Shown here: positions 39,407 through 53,775 of the stretch, piece after piece
Position numbering within the stretch: position 1 is the first letter of the stretch
Layout of the letters: each line of letters begins with the position of its first letter
Assembly (NCBI RefSeq): GCF_006345805.1
Contig: NC_043011.1
Location: 20,286,464-20,350,463, forward strand
Direction of reading: 5' to 3'
Length of the DNA: 64,000 nucleotides
Source of the DNA: Octopus sinensis
Taxonomy: Eukaryota
The notes under the pieces: model-generated
Told to the model about the DNA's origin: nothing
What the model saw: only the letters and a program-made list of their open reading frames with translations
Database searches by the model: none
Position numbers and translations under genes: made by a program

Positions 39407-40041
39407 GTCATTTGTCTTTTGTACTTAAATAAGTAAAACTTGTTTTCGTTGTAGCATTTGCACAATATCTCTGTCCTAATAATTTGCATTTCTGTTTGGA
39501 ATCGATATTTTTTAATGGTGTGTGTATTACTTTTTCTTGATAAACAAACTAGGGTCATTTTCTTGATCTTTTATTACTGAAATTATCAACACTTTCCCTT
39601 CATTTGTTAAACAGGACCGTTGCATTCCATCATTTTTTTCCTTCTCTGAAAGCTAACTTGCGATGTAGAAATCGTTCTTGAAGCTATTTTTATGCATGTC
39701 TTCGTAATGTGTTTTATGTTATAACATCTTTCTATGTTACGTTTTCTTAAATTATAGTGTTAGTTTTGTTTACTTTTACTTAAAGCTGTGCTTGAATGAG
39801 GTTTCATTCACGTGTAGGAATACTGATGATGTTATAGGTATACCATTACTTGGGGCGAGGTCCTGTATTTTTGGGCCCAGATTAGCTCTGACGATGAATA
39901 TTTATACTCAAATGTGTACCAGAAATTACCACCCTGACTCATTTTTGACTGCAGTAAATTATACGTGCTATTTCCTTTTTTAAAAAATGGTCCGCTATGA
40001 AAGATATTTAGCTATTATTTCTAACACGTCAATCCTCCTTT

Positions 40042-40350
40042 GTGGAGGCACATGGCCTAGTGGTTAGAGCAGTGGACTTGCGGTCGAGGGATCGCGGGTT
40101 CGAATCTCAGACCGGGCAATGTGTGTATTTATGAGCGAAACACCTAAGCTCCACACGGCTCTGGCAGAAGATAATGGCGAACTTCTGCTGACTCTTTCAC
40201 CACAACTTTCTCTCACTCTTTCCTCCTGCATCTTGCAGCTCACCTGCGACGGACCGGCGTCGCGTCCAGGTGGGGAACCTATACGCCAAGGAAACCGGGA
40301 AACCGGCCTTTATGAGCCAGGCGTGGCTCGAGAAGGAACATACTACTACT
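40042..40350 (+). mobile_element. SINE family D, full length, 11-bp TSD
   Basis: ggaggcacatggcctagtggttagagc A box, ggttcgaatctc B box; TSD aatcctccttt at 40031-40041 and 40351-40361. Confidence 0.93.
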
Positions 40351-40671
40351 AATCCTCCTTTAGCTCCTGTTGTTTGTGATGTCGTAGTTGTTGCTATTGT
40401 TGTTGCTGTCGCTGGTGGTGATGATGGTGATGTTGATGATGTTGATGCTGGTGAGGGTAGTGGCGTTGGTGATAATGCTTGTTTCATTACCGTTGACTTC
40501 CTTATTGTTTAGCCCTAGGACTACCCTTCATCGAGCAGGCATATCATCTAAAGGAATCTGCCATCGTTATGTTTTCAGATATAGTGTACAGTATTTAATG
40601 TAACCTTCCTTCCTGGATGAGGCAGAATGTGTAAATTAAGGAAGATTTGGCCGAAATTTCTAACAGGTGAT

Positions 40672-40998
40672 TTTTAAAGACTCCGCCGGTTACGACGACG
40701 AGGGTCCCAGCTGATACGATCAACGGAACAGCCTGCTCGTGAAATTAACGTGCAAATGGCTGAGCATTCCACAGACACGTGTACCCTTAACGTAGTTCTC
40801 GGGGATAATCAGCGTGACACAGAGAGTGACAAGGCTGACCCTTTGAAATACAAGTACAACTCATTTTTGCCAGCTGAGTGGACTGGAGCAACGTGAAATA
40901 AAGTGTCTTGCTCAAGGACACAACGCGTCGCCGGGAATCGAACTCACAACCTTACGATCATGAGTCGAATGCCCTAACCACTAAGCCACGCGCCCTCA
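40672..40998 (-). mobile_element. CORE-like tRNA-SINE, full length, 12-bp TSD
   Basis: Head gcgcgtggcttagtggttaggg/gttcgattccc, ttgtgtccttgagcaagacactt; TSD ctaacaggtgat at 40660-40671 and 40999-41010. Confidence 0.93.
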
Positions 40999-41499
40999 CT
41001 AACAGGTGATAAAAGACCGATGGAGACTACTTTCTTGATTTAGCTGTTGATAAGATTAATGGAATTGGTGTTATGGGTCTTGATTTACGATTTTGCTATT
41101 GTTGCTATTGTTGTTAGTGATAGTAGTGGTGATACTGGTGATGCTGGTGATACTGGTGGTGCTGGTGATGATGGTGGTGGTGATGGCGGTAATGGTGGTG
41201 ATGATGGTAATGGTGGTAGCAGTTGAGACTATGGTGTGGTAACGTTAATGATGGTTGCGATAGTGTTAATAGAGGAAATGAGCGACGGTGGTGATAGCTA
41301 TGGTGATCGTTGTGTTGATTAATCATTGTCGATATGGACTCGACTGTTTAAAATTAATTATTTCCTTTTACCGCTGATACAAGAGAATGGCTTCAACATG
41401 ATATAAACTGAACACCTATCGGGCGGCTTGTTCAATACTACGCTTGTCCGACAAACTGTGTTTTCATTATTGTAAAAAGGAAAAACGATCGACATTATA

Positions 41500-41770
41500 G
41501 GCGCGGGCCGTAGCCGTATGGTTAAGATGCTTGCTTCTTGACCATGTGGTCATAGGTTCAGTACCAGTGAGTGGCACCTGGAGCAGGAGTCTTCTACTAT
41601 AACCCCGGGCAGACCAAAACTTCAGAGTAGATTTGTTAGACGGAAACCGAAAGAAGCCCGTTATATATACGATATGTATGTGTGTGTGTGTATGTGTGTG
41701 TGTGTGAGTGTGTGTTTGTCCTTCACCATCGCTTGGCAACTGGTATTGGTTTTCATTTACGTCCTGCTAA
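41500..41770 (+). mobile_element. SINE family A, diverged, 3'-truncated
   Basis: Head ggccgtagccgtatggttaag...ggttcagtacc, internal (TG)n. Confidence 0.75.
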
Positions 41771-42024
41771 GTGAAGGGGATGATTACGCCTGGGAAACCT
41801 TCCACTATAGATTGGCTCCCAGTGCTACTACAAAGCTAGGGACAAAATAACAACGACGCAGAACCAGTAGCAGAGATTTTCATCTCATGTTATAGGGATA
41901 AGATTGTTCGGGTCACGATATAACAAACAGTACGATATAACAGTATTGAGTGATTGAACAGGGTTGAGACCGTTCCACTTGCTAGGAACTAAGTCCCTGG
42001 TCACATGCTAGTATCTCAAAATAA

Positions 42025-42325
42025 GGAAAAATCGCATTCGATAATGTTGTTCTAGAAACCCTGAAAAGGAATCTTTATGCTTGTTCGATGTGTTAGAAAT
42101 AGCAACCAAATTTTTCTCAAAGAACACCCTATCATCTTAGGGAAAACATTTATTGGATAATGTAGTCCTAGAAACCCCTCAAAACAACTCTTTGTGATCT
42201 CTTGTTCTGTTAGAAATAGTAGTCAAACATTCCTCAAATTGCGCTACCATTTTAAGTAATGTAGTCCTAGAAACTCTTAAAAACCTCAATGTGGTTAGGT
42301 TACTTGATACGCTAGAAATAGCAGT
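42025..42325. repeat. Degenerate tandem repeat, ~100-117-bp unit x3
   Basis: Anchors taatgtagtcctagaaac and tagaaatag each recur three times. Confidence 0.7.
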
Positions 42326-42968
42326 CTAAGAGCCGCATATGACATCCTAACGGCGAGTCTATCATTTCCGTCATGGCGACGTAAAAATTATCTATAGTTT
42401 ATATAAACTACCTTGTATGAACCTAAAACTTCTCCCACCTGGGTTATCAGGAAGACAAAGTACTTCCCAATGAAAAAATCGGCTGCATGGGTAGCAGAGT
42501 CAGTAATGCAAGAGCGAAAAGCTTTAACGGGTCCTCGGTCCATTTGTAGGGTCGACGGGATGACTGTTGATACCAAGCTTCAGCTCATCTTGCCCTTGTA
42601 AATATAAACATCTTTGACTTCTTTCAGTCATTGTGCTGCGGTCATGCTGGGGCACCACCTTGAAGGATTTTAGTCGAACAAACCCATCCTTATTGTTAAG
42701 TCTGATACTTATTCTATCCCTCCTACGCACACACGCACACACACCACCACACAGAGGCACATGCACACACATACTCTCACACACAAACACATACATTCAT
42801 ATACACACGCACGCACGCTCACACATACACACACACATATATACATATATACATACATACATATATATATGTATGTATGTATATATATATATATACACAT
42901 ATATACATATACACAATTATATATATATATATATATTGACCCATCCTTACACCCATATATACACACAT

Positions 42969-43008
<40 letters not shown>

Positions 43009-43192
43009 GTGTGTGTGTGTATGTGTGTGTGTGTGTGTGTATGCACACCCATACATATGTATAAGTACATGTGTACACATATACAATGAAACCCATACAC
43101 AAAAAAACACATGCGTACATCGACATGTATGAGTCCATAGATGTTCATTCAAGTTCATGCGCACACACACCTGTTTATATATGCATATATAC

Positions 43193-43513
43193 ACACGTCC
43201 TCACGCGTGCACGAGTAAACAGAAATACATATATACAAACACACCCAGGTTCAAGTACATAGACATATGTACATATATCCCCACATGCACAGAAACGGGT
43301 ATACCCATTCCCATGTCTACGCATGTGCATATGTATCCCTATAGTACCCCCTTGTCCGAGTGCATAGGAATACATATGCACGTGTGTAGACATGGGAATG
43401 GGTATACCCGTTTCTGTGCATGTGGGGATATATGTACATATGTTTATGTACTTGAATCTGGGTGTGTTTGTATATATGTATTTATGTGTACTCGTGCACG
43501 CGTGAGGACGTGT
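43193..43513. repeat. Long palindrome: 150-bp arms, 21-nt loop
   Basis: Arms 43193-43342 and 43364-43513, about 7 mismatches, no indels. Confidence 0.95.
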
Positions 43514-43723
43514 ATATATATATATATATATATCCGGTGAGCTTTCGCGGTTTCCATCTACTAAATTCAATCTTAAAATCCCAGGTATTGTTCGACACGA
43601 GGCTATATGGAAGACATGTGCCTAAGGTGCTATGAAGTGGGACTGAAGATCTAAACGGCGTGTTTGCAAAACGAACTTCTAAACTACACATCCATGTCTT
43701 ATTTTTTTTCTTTGTTCTTTCAG

Positions 43724-43815
43724 AGTGGAACCCTAACGTAGTACCGCCGACTTACTCCACAAACATGCCGACTATGGAACAGATTGTACTTATTTACGTT
43801 ATAATTACGTTATAA
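43724..43815 (+). CDS. Candidate terminal coding exon, unknown protein
   Basis: Strong acceptor ttattttttttctttgttctttcag; only one frame open, xWNPNVVPPTYSTNMPTMEQIVLIYVIITL*; no homology recognised. Confidence 0.2.
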
Positions 43816-44422
43816 TACAGTAGCAAGTCATTTCTTATATAACTTGTCAGTAAACATTATAAACTGGAAATATAACACTGAAAAAATATAGCCCTGGATA
43901 ATCTGAGAAAATGAGTTGGCCATAGCTTAGAGTGATCTATGCTGTAGGTCTCCGCCAGCGAGATTCATCTGGAGTTAATCAACAACAACAACAACAACAA
44001 CACCTATGACAGCAACGTTAACATCTGTATTTCTTTCATACCTCTTATCAATTATAGAACTGAAAATAAATTTCTACAAAGCAAAACCGACAACAAAGTT
44101 TTAATCGAATCGTGAAACTAGTTAACTAACTAGTCAATAAACCAAGTTAGTATTTCAAACATCTGATCTGCCTGGGATCCTTTATATTGATCTCTTTCGA
44201 TTGAGAAGTATGAAAGAGAAGCATACAAACCAGCATACAACCAGCATACAAACCCCGTCCACAAGAAGCAGATCAACGTTAATGTTTCAATTCAGATATA
44301 TTTGTATTGTCTCTTTCTTGTTCTCTGAGCTTACATTTCTCTATTAAATTTTGTTGCTGTTATTTCACTAATAGTAGTAATGTTGTTTATGCACATCCAT
44401 CATCCATATGTACATATATATA

Positions 44423-44464
<42 letters not shown>

Positions 44465-44516
44465 ATATATACATACACAACACATATGTATATATATACA
44501 TATATATAAATATATA

Positions 44517-44563
<47 letters not shown>

Positions 44564-44974
44564 TATATACATATATATATATACATATATATACATATAT
44601 ATATATCTGCATACACACACACCATATATATATAATATACATTTATATATAGATAGATTTATATTATACATATACACACACACACACCACACCACCACAC
44701 ACACACACACACACACACCCAAACACACATAAAATTGTATATTATGTATGAAGATTTTTTTGGGGTTGTTAGTTGGTTGATTGATGTTGTTTTGCGGTGA
44801 TGTCAATGTTTCATGGAATAAAATAATCCAAGCGTTAGTTGTATTAGACTCAGGATCAGAACTCAATACGATTTATTTATTTATTTATTTATTTATCAAT
44901 TTTATGTATTCATTTATCATTCATCTCTCTGTTTTATTTATTTACATACCTACTTACTAATCTATTTTTCAGTT

Positions 44975-45008
<34 letters not shown>

Positions 45009-45009
45009 A

Positions 45010-45041
<32 letters not shown>

Positions 45042-45052
45042 CATCATTATTA

Positions 45053-45105
<53 letters not shown>

Positions 45106-45600
45106 GTAAATTATTTTATTTTCTTTCTAATATCTCTAAACGTTTCTTTGCCGAAACGCCATCTTGATTACGAGGATGAATATCCTGTTGTTTGCTGAAC
45201 TAAAAAAATATCATTGGTCAGATGAATATGATTAGGTTTTGCGGAAGATAACAGAGTTAGTATCCAGAAGACCGTAAATATTTTCGATCATGACTTCCTA
45301 AACCAACCAAAAGTATTTTGTTTTCTTTATCAATTTCTGTTTTTGCTGTTCCTTGAAGCCTGTACATTTTCTATGTTTATGTGTCTATGCGGGTATGGCG
45401 TGGCGTGGCGTAAGTGTGTGCGTGTATGTATATATATGTTATATTATGTCTGAATGTGTTTGTGTTTGCGTCTGTGTGTGTACGAGCGTGTGTATGTATG
45501 TAATATATATATGTGTATATATATATATATTATATATATATATATATCTATATGTATATATGTATATATATAGTATATATATATATATATTATATATATG

Positions 45601-45639
<39 letters not shown>

Positions 45640-45644
45640 GTATA

Positions 45645-45677
<33 letters not shown>

Positions 45678-45969
45678 CGTGCGTGTGTGGTGTGTATATA
45701 TAATACATATATATATGTGTGTGTATGTATGTATGTATGTATGTATGTATGGGAAAAAACGGTTCCTTATTACATGGAACATTCTGTGGTGCTTTTTATA
45801 TATTGATTCATGTCTCTGCTCAAGGATTGATAAATAAATGGGAGGGGAATCAAGGAATCAAAGAATCAAGGAATCAAGGAATCAATGGAATGAGATGTGA
45901 GCGCCATAGATTGCTGTCAACTTTAAAACAGATGTCTCGTGAACGAGTGTAACATATAACTTAGTTGAA

Positions 45970-46312
45970 GGATACATATTACATACAAACATACATGCAT
46001 GCATATACATACAGACTTGCATACACACATACATACATACATACATACATACATACATACATACATACATACATACATGCATACATACATGAATACATAC
46101 ATACATACATACATACATACTTACATGCATACATACATACATACATACATACATGCATACATACATGAATACATACATACATACATACTTACATACATAC
46201 ATGCATACATACATGAATACATGCATACATACATACATACATACTTACATACATACATGCATACATACATACATACATGCATACATACATACATACATAC
46301 ATACATACATAC

Positions 46313-46343
<31 letters not shown>

Positions 46344-46350
46344 CATACAC
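45970..46350. repeat. (TACA)n microsatellite
   Basis: Direct reading. Confidence 0.95.
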
Positions 46351-46610
46351 GCATATATTGTAGAGTGTGACATACTAAAGTATGACGTATATTCAAATGT
46401 GACAAGACGCTAAACTAGATGTGTCTTATAACGCATATGATCGTTGGTGGGATCGCTGATGTTCTTGGTTCAAATTCCACCGAAGTTGACTTTGCATTTC
46501 ATCCTTCTGGAGTCGAGGAATTAAGTACCAGTTGAGCATTGGGGTCCATGAAATTGACTAACCCCCTACCCCGAAAATTTCAAGCCTTTTATGTATCGTA
46601 GAAAGAATCA

Positions 46611-46673
<63 letters not shown>

Positions 46674-46901
46674 TATTATAACTATTATTATTATTATTAT
46701 TATTATTATTATCATTATTATTATTATTTTACTTTTCAGATTGCTAGATCTTGTTTTGTCTGGTTGATTCTGTGAGAGCGGTCAGCAGCCTGTTGTCAGT
46801 TGTCTAACAGCGCCTCTTTCAGCATATTATAAGCTTTGATAATTGATTGTTAACTATCGTGGAAGACATTCAACATCCAAGTACTATTCTTTTTCTTATT
46901 C

Positions 46902-46963
<62 letters not shown>

Positions 46964-46977
46964 TTATTATTATTATT

Positions 46978-47185
46978 AAGGCGGCATGCTGGCAGAATCG
47001 TTAGCACACCATGCCGGGCAAAATGCTTAGCGGTATTTCGCCTGTAGTTACATTCTGAGATTAAATTCCTCTGAGGTTATCTTTGCCTTTCATCCTTTCG
47101 GAGTCGATCAATTCAGTACCAGTTGAACACTGGAGTCGTTGTAGTCGACTCATCCCCACCTCGCCAGCTGCCCTTGTGGCAAAAA
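46978..47185 (+). mobile_element. SINE family B-related copy within (ATT)n
   Basis: aaggcggcatgctggcagaatcgttagc head; ttgcctttcatcctttcggagtcgat body. Confidence 0.85.
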
Positions 47186-47242
47186 TTACTATTGTCATTA
47201 TTATTGCTATTATTGTTGTTGTTATTATTATTATTATTATTA

Positions 47243-47294
<52 letters not shown>

Positions 47295-47297
<3 letters not shown>

Positions 47298-47960
47298 TAG
47301 TTTTATTTTTTATAGCGTGCTTTCACTTCACTACCGAGCGCAGCTCTGTGTGCCTTGGGTATGTGCTGTGATTTGTTGTGATGCTCTGATGGTTATCGTT
47401 CTGCGTTGGATGTGTGCAGTGCCTAGTAGTGCAATTTTCTGTATGTTATATGTGTTTGTAAGTCCTGGTGTTTTTGTTATGAATTTTTCTGAATATTTTT
47501 TTATCATGCCTAATGCACCTACTATGATAGGAATTGTTTCTGTTTTTAGATTCCACATTCTGGTTACCTCTATTTCCAGGTCTTTGTATTTTGAGAGTTT
47601 CTCCATTTCTTTTAGAGACACGTTGTCATCTACCGGTATTGATACATCAATTAGAAAGCATTTTTTTCTTCATGATCTCTGACAACTATATTTGGTCTGT
47701 TGGCCTTAATTTCTCTATCTGTGTGTATCGGCATATCCCAGAGTATGGTTGCTTTCTCGTTTTCTGTGATCTTTTCTGGTGTGTGCCTATACCATCTTTT
47801 TTCTGTTGTTATTCCATAATGTTGGCATAGCTTCCAGTGTATGTAGGTTCCAACTCTGTCATGTCTGTGAATATATTCCTTCTTAGCCAGGACTGGGCAG
47901 CCAGAGATAATATGATTTATTGTTTCTTGTCCATCTCCACATATTCTGAAGTTACTTGTT
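47295..47960 (-). mobile_element. R4/Dong-type LINE 3' end (CCHC knuckle + restriction-like endonuclease), 5'-truncated
   Basis: FRICGDGQETINHIISGC...RHDRV...IHWKLC...WDMPIHTDREIKANRPNIVV, -1 frameshift at A-run 47661-47667, KYKDLEIEVTRMW...IIVGALG...KIALLGTAHI; (AAT)n on both sides. Confidence 0.92.
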
Positions 47961-48050
47961 TATTATTATTATTTTTTTTTATTATTATTATCATTATATT
48001 TATTATTATTATTATTATCATCATCATTATTTTTATTATTATTTTTATCA

Positions 48051-48093
<43 letters not shown>

Positions 48094-48094
48094 T

Positions 48095-48560
48095 GAGTGA
48101 GCGAGCAGGGCATGCCATTAAACTGACACTGGGGTACAAATATACAAAGCCCAGTATACCCATCACGACTACCCGCCTGATAAGTGTACACTAGGTACAT
48201 GCATGACAAACATATGTGCGCGACATAGTGATCTCATATCAAGATAAACAGCACATTACCTTGCAGGTGGAGCCCAGTTAGAATTTTCTTCAGGTCGAAT
48301 AGTACATCCTGCTCAAAGTTCCCTGAATAATGTTTGTTTAAGAATGTTGAACGAAACACCCATGTTTCCAGACGTGAATTATTCAAACCCCCAAAGAATT
48401 CCTGTCAATACACGGCTATGATGCTTCCCCACTACAATTGTTCGTGTTCAGTGATGCACATATCGTCAGCCACCAAAGGACATGTTCAACTGGTTATGGT
48501 CAAACAACTGACAAGCAAATCTTCTGAGGTATTGCGTAGAATATTTCCTGTAACCCATCT
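48095..48560. repeat. Unclassified interspersed repeat (possible LINE 5' UTR)
   Basis: Recalled as a common octopus repeat; no peptide motif seen; no second copy in window. Confidence 0.4.
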
Positions 48561-48654
48561 TTTAGACTTGATACAGGTTCATTCTGCATCTCGGTGGAAT
48601 TTATGTGATAGCAGAGTTATTACTAGTAACCTTAGGTATCCTCAAGCTTTCAAT

Positions 48655-49130
48655 AATCTCTTAAATGCTTAGAAGATTCTTGATAATCTTTCCAGTCCCT
48701 AAGAGGCAAACTTTCTCTAGAAGCTCTACAATACATTTCATTCCAATCTCTTTCAACCATTTGCCTGTATTTTTTACCTGCAGTCCCCCAATGCACCAAT
48801 TATCACAGACACAACCTTTACAGTTCTCATACTCCAAATTCTGGCAATTTCAAATTTTAAGGGATTATATATTTTCTGTTTTTCATCGTCTTACTTCTCA
48901 ATCCTGAAACCAAAGGGGAATAATGGATCAATTAGTAAGCAGCTTCGAATTTCCTTGTTCATTATTGTTATGTCTGGTCTGTTATTTTCTAGCTTCTTAT
49001 CCGTTTAAATAGGAAAATCCCACAAAATTTGCATTTCTCCGACTCCAGCACTCTTTCGACCCGATGTTTATACCATGTACCTCCAGCATCAAATTCCCAT
49101 TTCTGACAAAGCTTCCAGCGTCAAACTTTC
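48655..49130 (-). mobile_element. Second R4/Dong-type RLE 3' relic (different family)
   Basis: RWKLCQKW...WYKH...WDFPI*TDKKLENNRPDITI...LKFEIARIW...VIIGALG, frameshift, EKVCLLGTGKII. Confidence 0.85.
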
Positions 49131-50529
49131 ACAAATTGGTCTAAAATGACTGTGAGCTCCAGAGACTGTCGTTAACTATGAAACAGCTGTTACGTCATCA
49201 ATGCGAGTGACATATAATTGTCACACTGATAATAATGATGTGTTATTATAGCGGTTATTGCAACCAAGTTTCTCTTATGTTATATATTATAGCGTATATT
49301 TTCTAGTTAGTTTGTTTACAGTGAATGCAACGCTACTTATTATGTTTCCTATTTGGAAATAGATAAAATTATTTAGCTTTTAAAGTAAGGATAAAATAAT
49401 GATAAAGCCGTCACTTATAACTTACTTAAGTGTTATCATTATACGCAGGTCCTAACTACAGCTATATAAACGCCATAGAGAAATATACTTTCTGGAACGC
49501 TAACGAACATTAGCGGGCATGTATGTTAAATATATTTTCGTGTTCTTTTAACTGCTATAAAAATACAGTTTAATAATTACAGAAATACATTTTATATATA
49601 GTTGAAGAACGTGAAGAAAGAGAAAATATTCCTATAATATAAGTATTAGTTAAGTACTGGTTTCGATATAATTGGCGATAACTTCTCCCTCAAAATTTAG
49701 ATAAGTCTCTTTACGGTCTGATTTCAAATTTAACTGGTGTTGGATTTTCCTATCATTGCTCAGGAGTCAATAAAAGTCAATACCAATGAAACGATAGATT
49801 TGATTAAACGAATCACATAAACGAATCTACATAAATTTGAATCATGAACCAAAATTATAAACACTTTTTTCATTTACTTAGACACAGTATGTCATCATTT
49901 TCTAACAGTTTATAGATGTGTGGTGATGTGAACTCTATGCTTTTTCAAGGTGCATCGGAGGCGTACGTGAGATAAGTTTACTTCGAGATTATGCCATGGT
50001 TTCTTTCTCAATATAAGCAAAGGAAAGATATCTAGCGGTTCGGCAAAGGACACCGATAGAGTAAGTACCACGCTTTAAAAAAATAAGTACTGGGGTTGAT
50101 TCGTTCGACTAAAAAGTATTCAAGACAGTGCTCTCATCATGGTCACAGTTGATACAAGTAAAATATAAAAAATGAAAGATGATCATTTGCAAACAATGAT
50201 GGCAGCCGTCAGAGACTAGATTTAAGTAAATACAAAAAACACGCATATGAAGGATTCATGAGAAGATATGTTAATATCTAAAGACTTCCTTTTGATATTC
50301 CATTGCCTCACATACCTCATGTTTAGCTTTGCTAGATCAATTCTTATGTTGATGTATACCACAACGAACTTCCTTAAACAACTGCATTACGCTCCTCTTG
50401 ATAACATTCAATTCGTGGTATAATCCGATGTGAATCATTTCACATAAACTACTGCTCTTCCTTTCGATTTAGTTGATGTTATTTTATTGTTGTTGCTGCT
50501 GTTGTGTTTCCTTGATCGAAGGTCTAGGA

Positions 50530-50850
50530 AATATCGATAGTCTATCCAACGAATAGAATTTGATCCACAGATCTATAGCTCCGGATATAACATATTTCGC
50601 TACGATTATCTAACTCCGAAATGCAATCAATATCTGCAGAATTTTGGCCTCCCTGGGATTAACTGGACTTCGACACACTGCATAATTACAAAGACGTTTC
50701 TAATGACACCCCCATCAACCATAAAGGGTAATGGAATATATCTTTTATTACAATATATCTAGATATTTGTTTAAGAGAACTGCGGTGAATAGGCGCCATT
50801 TTATATACAGACTGTCCGATTGCATCAAATTATCTGATGATATTCAGAAT
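50530..50850 (+). mobile_element. CR1-type endonuclease relic
   Basis: QIYSSGYNIFRYD and NFGLPGINW resemble CR1 EN motifs IPGYNIFR.D and GDFNLP.I.W. Confidence 0.5.
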
Positions 50851-51253
50851 AGAAATAACTAACATCTTTTCTTTTCTTTTTTATCTCTTCTTGCATTTTA
50901 CAATTCATAAGATTTCAATGAAGTTGGCAGTTCTTCAGTTCTTACCCATCCTTCCATTGTTAATTTTATTCTTTTTCTCTTGTTTTGTTTTGTTTTTACT
51001 CTTTTACTGGTCAGCGAACTGCAGCCATACTGTGGCACCGCCTTCAATGCTTCAGCCGATCATTGAGATATAAATACTTATTTCAGTCTGATAATCATTT
51101 TATCATATCTATTTAACAAACGACTAGGTACGAGACACGATTGAATACAAATATGTAGATAATATTTCTTTCTCCCCTTCAGTATTTCTTTCATTCTTTC
51201 TCTCTTTGTCAGTCTCTTTTTCCCTCTCTCTCTCTTTCTTCTCTCTCTCTCTC

Positions 51254-51301
<48 letters not shown>

Positions 51302-51612
51302 TATATATATATGTGTATGGCACTGTATGTAACAGGTATATATATATATATATATATATAATATAATATATATATATATATATATTATATATGTATATAT
51401 ATGTATATGTATATATGTATGCATATACATATGTATTTGTGTATATATATGCGTGTGGTGTGTATTGAAATAAATGTATGCGCGCATGTATGTATGTACA
51501 TAGGTGTTTACTACATATGTCTGCGTGTAGTATATAATATTATATGCAACTAGAATTTCAATTGTATATAATGAGAACCATAGTTCTATAGTGTAAGATA
51601 TATATATATATA

Positions 51613-51691
<79 letters not shown>

Positions 51692-52658
51692 CAGCCGCGA
51701 GTGTGTTTGTATGTATAACTAAGCATTTCTCTGCTGTTGTTGTTGTTGTTGTTGTTGTTGTTTTTATTGCTATAGTTGTTATTCCAGGGTGTGGCTTGTT
51801 ATCAGTTTGTTCTTTTGTTGATTTTATTTTATTTTTATTTATTTATTATTATTATTATTTTTTTTTTTTTTGGTTTCATTTGTCTGAGAAATTCCAAATG
51901 ACGCTGCAAAGAAGCGAAAAACGAAATAAATACCCAAAGAATAAATTTAAAAATTAGAAATGACAATTGTTAAATTAGTTAGAATAAAAGAAAAACGAAT
52001 ATCTTCATAATAGCATCAATCTTCCATACTACTTTATCAAAACCAATATATAAATTGTTGTTGTTGCCGCTGTTGTTGTTGTTGTCGTCGTCGTTATAAT
52101 TGCTATTGTTGTTGTTGATTTTAAATTGTCTTCAGGGCTAAGCACTTATCATAGTAGTAGTGGTGGCAGTTTAGACAGTGATGGTGGTAGTTGTCTAAAT
52201 CGTTCTAGTGAGGTTACTATTGCGTCATACATTGATTGCTTCGTATTTAGCTACTCATTCGTTCTTCTTCTCTGTCTATGTGTATGTGTGGGGTTTTTTT
52301 TTAACCGTGACGCCACAACGCAGTAAGCTACAACAATAAAACAATTACAACAGACTTCAACATTATTTATGAAATTTGAAGTGCAAAAAGAAGTTTCCAG
52401 TAAATTATTCAGTGGTATTTATACGTTTTGTTATGTTATATTAATAATTAGTTTGGACAGACCTAATGAGGCAAAGCAATGGCTGATATATCACCACACA
52501 AACACAAAACTTTACTTTCCTGATATTTGTTATGTTTCCGGCGAAAGTAACAGCAACATGAAACTGAATAACAGTTTCCTGGTAAAATAAAATGGATTTA
52601 CTGTTATCTTTTTCAACTCTCTCACCTTCAATGCATTCTCTCTTTCTCTCAGTCTCTG

Positions 52659-52699
<41 letters not shown>

Positions 52700-52864
52700 C
52701 TCTTTCTCCCTTTCTCCCTCCCTTTCTCTCTCTCTCTCTCTCTCTCTCTCAGTATATATATACACACACACACATATATCTACATACATACATAAACATA
52801 TCTATAGAGAGAGAGAGAAAGAGACAGACACACTCACACACATAATTATATACATACATACATT

Positions 52865-52897
<33 letters not shown>

Positions 52898-52909
52898 ATA
52901 TATACTGAG

Positions 52910-52919
52910 AGATAGATAC

Positions 52920-52995
<76 letters not shown>

Positions 52996-53019
52996 GTAGA
53001 TAGATAGGTAGATAGATAA

Positions 53020-53112
<93 letters not shown>

Positions 53113-53115
53113 CAG
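52910..53115. repeat. (GATA)n microsatellite
   Basis: Direct reading. Confidence 0.95.
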
Positions 53116-53775
53116 ACAGATACATACATACATAGACAGAGAGAGGGGCGAGAGACGCATACATACATGTTTAATGCCTACATACATATGAGTGAGCGTG
53201 TCTATTTCATTTCCTACATCACTCCCACTTTCTCTTTTTGCTTTTCCTCTCACTTCCACTTATTTAGCTCATAAATAATAGTTAACAATATTTCAAGACA
53301 TAAGATATTTTTCTTCGATAAATACTGACGGAAGTAAGGAGTAATGTATACAACATGATGTTAATTCGGTGGAGAAGATATTGGAAATAAAATGTTATGT
53401 AATATACATTATCGAGGAAGACTGGTGGCAATTTTAACTTCATATTGCTTTACGTTAACTACGGAACCTATTCACAATCGTTCGAACTGGAACTTTTCGG
53501 TTTGAACGGCAATTTTTAAACATAATTTGCACGTAACTAAACACTTTTACACTTCTTATACTGGTAGAATGTGTTTATAAAACATCTTTTTCTCTTGGCT
53601 TTATTGAGAAATTATTGTTATTTTCCTTCAATTTCTGCAATTTCAACCAATCAATGACGTCATTCTGTGCTGTATGAATATGTCCCTCGTTTAAGAAACA
53701 GATTAGGTTTATTTACATTTTTGAAGAAAAAAGATACCTATCTCCCCATCCCTAACCCTAAAACAGATTGAAATG

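Noticed and set aside
39838-39936. Tudor-like peptide YTITWGEVLYFWAQISSDDEYLYSNVYQKLPP*
   Set aside because: Resemblance is a few residues, with a weak acceptor, no good donor and an in-frame stop
40042-40115. True tRNA genes (also 10372, 17800, 40925)
   Set aside because: tRNA-like heads run into SINE bodies, several with TSDs; no complete cloverleaf seen
50554-50727. Spliceable open frame IYSSGYNIFRYD...TIK as host exon
   Set aside because: Peptide matches CR1 endonuclease motifs
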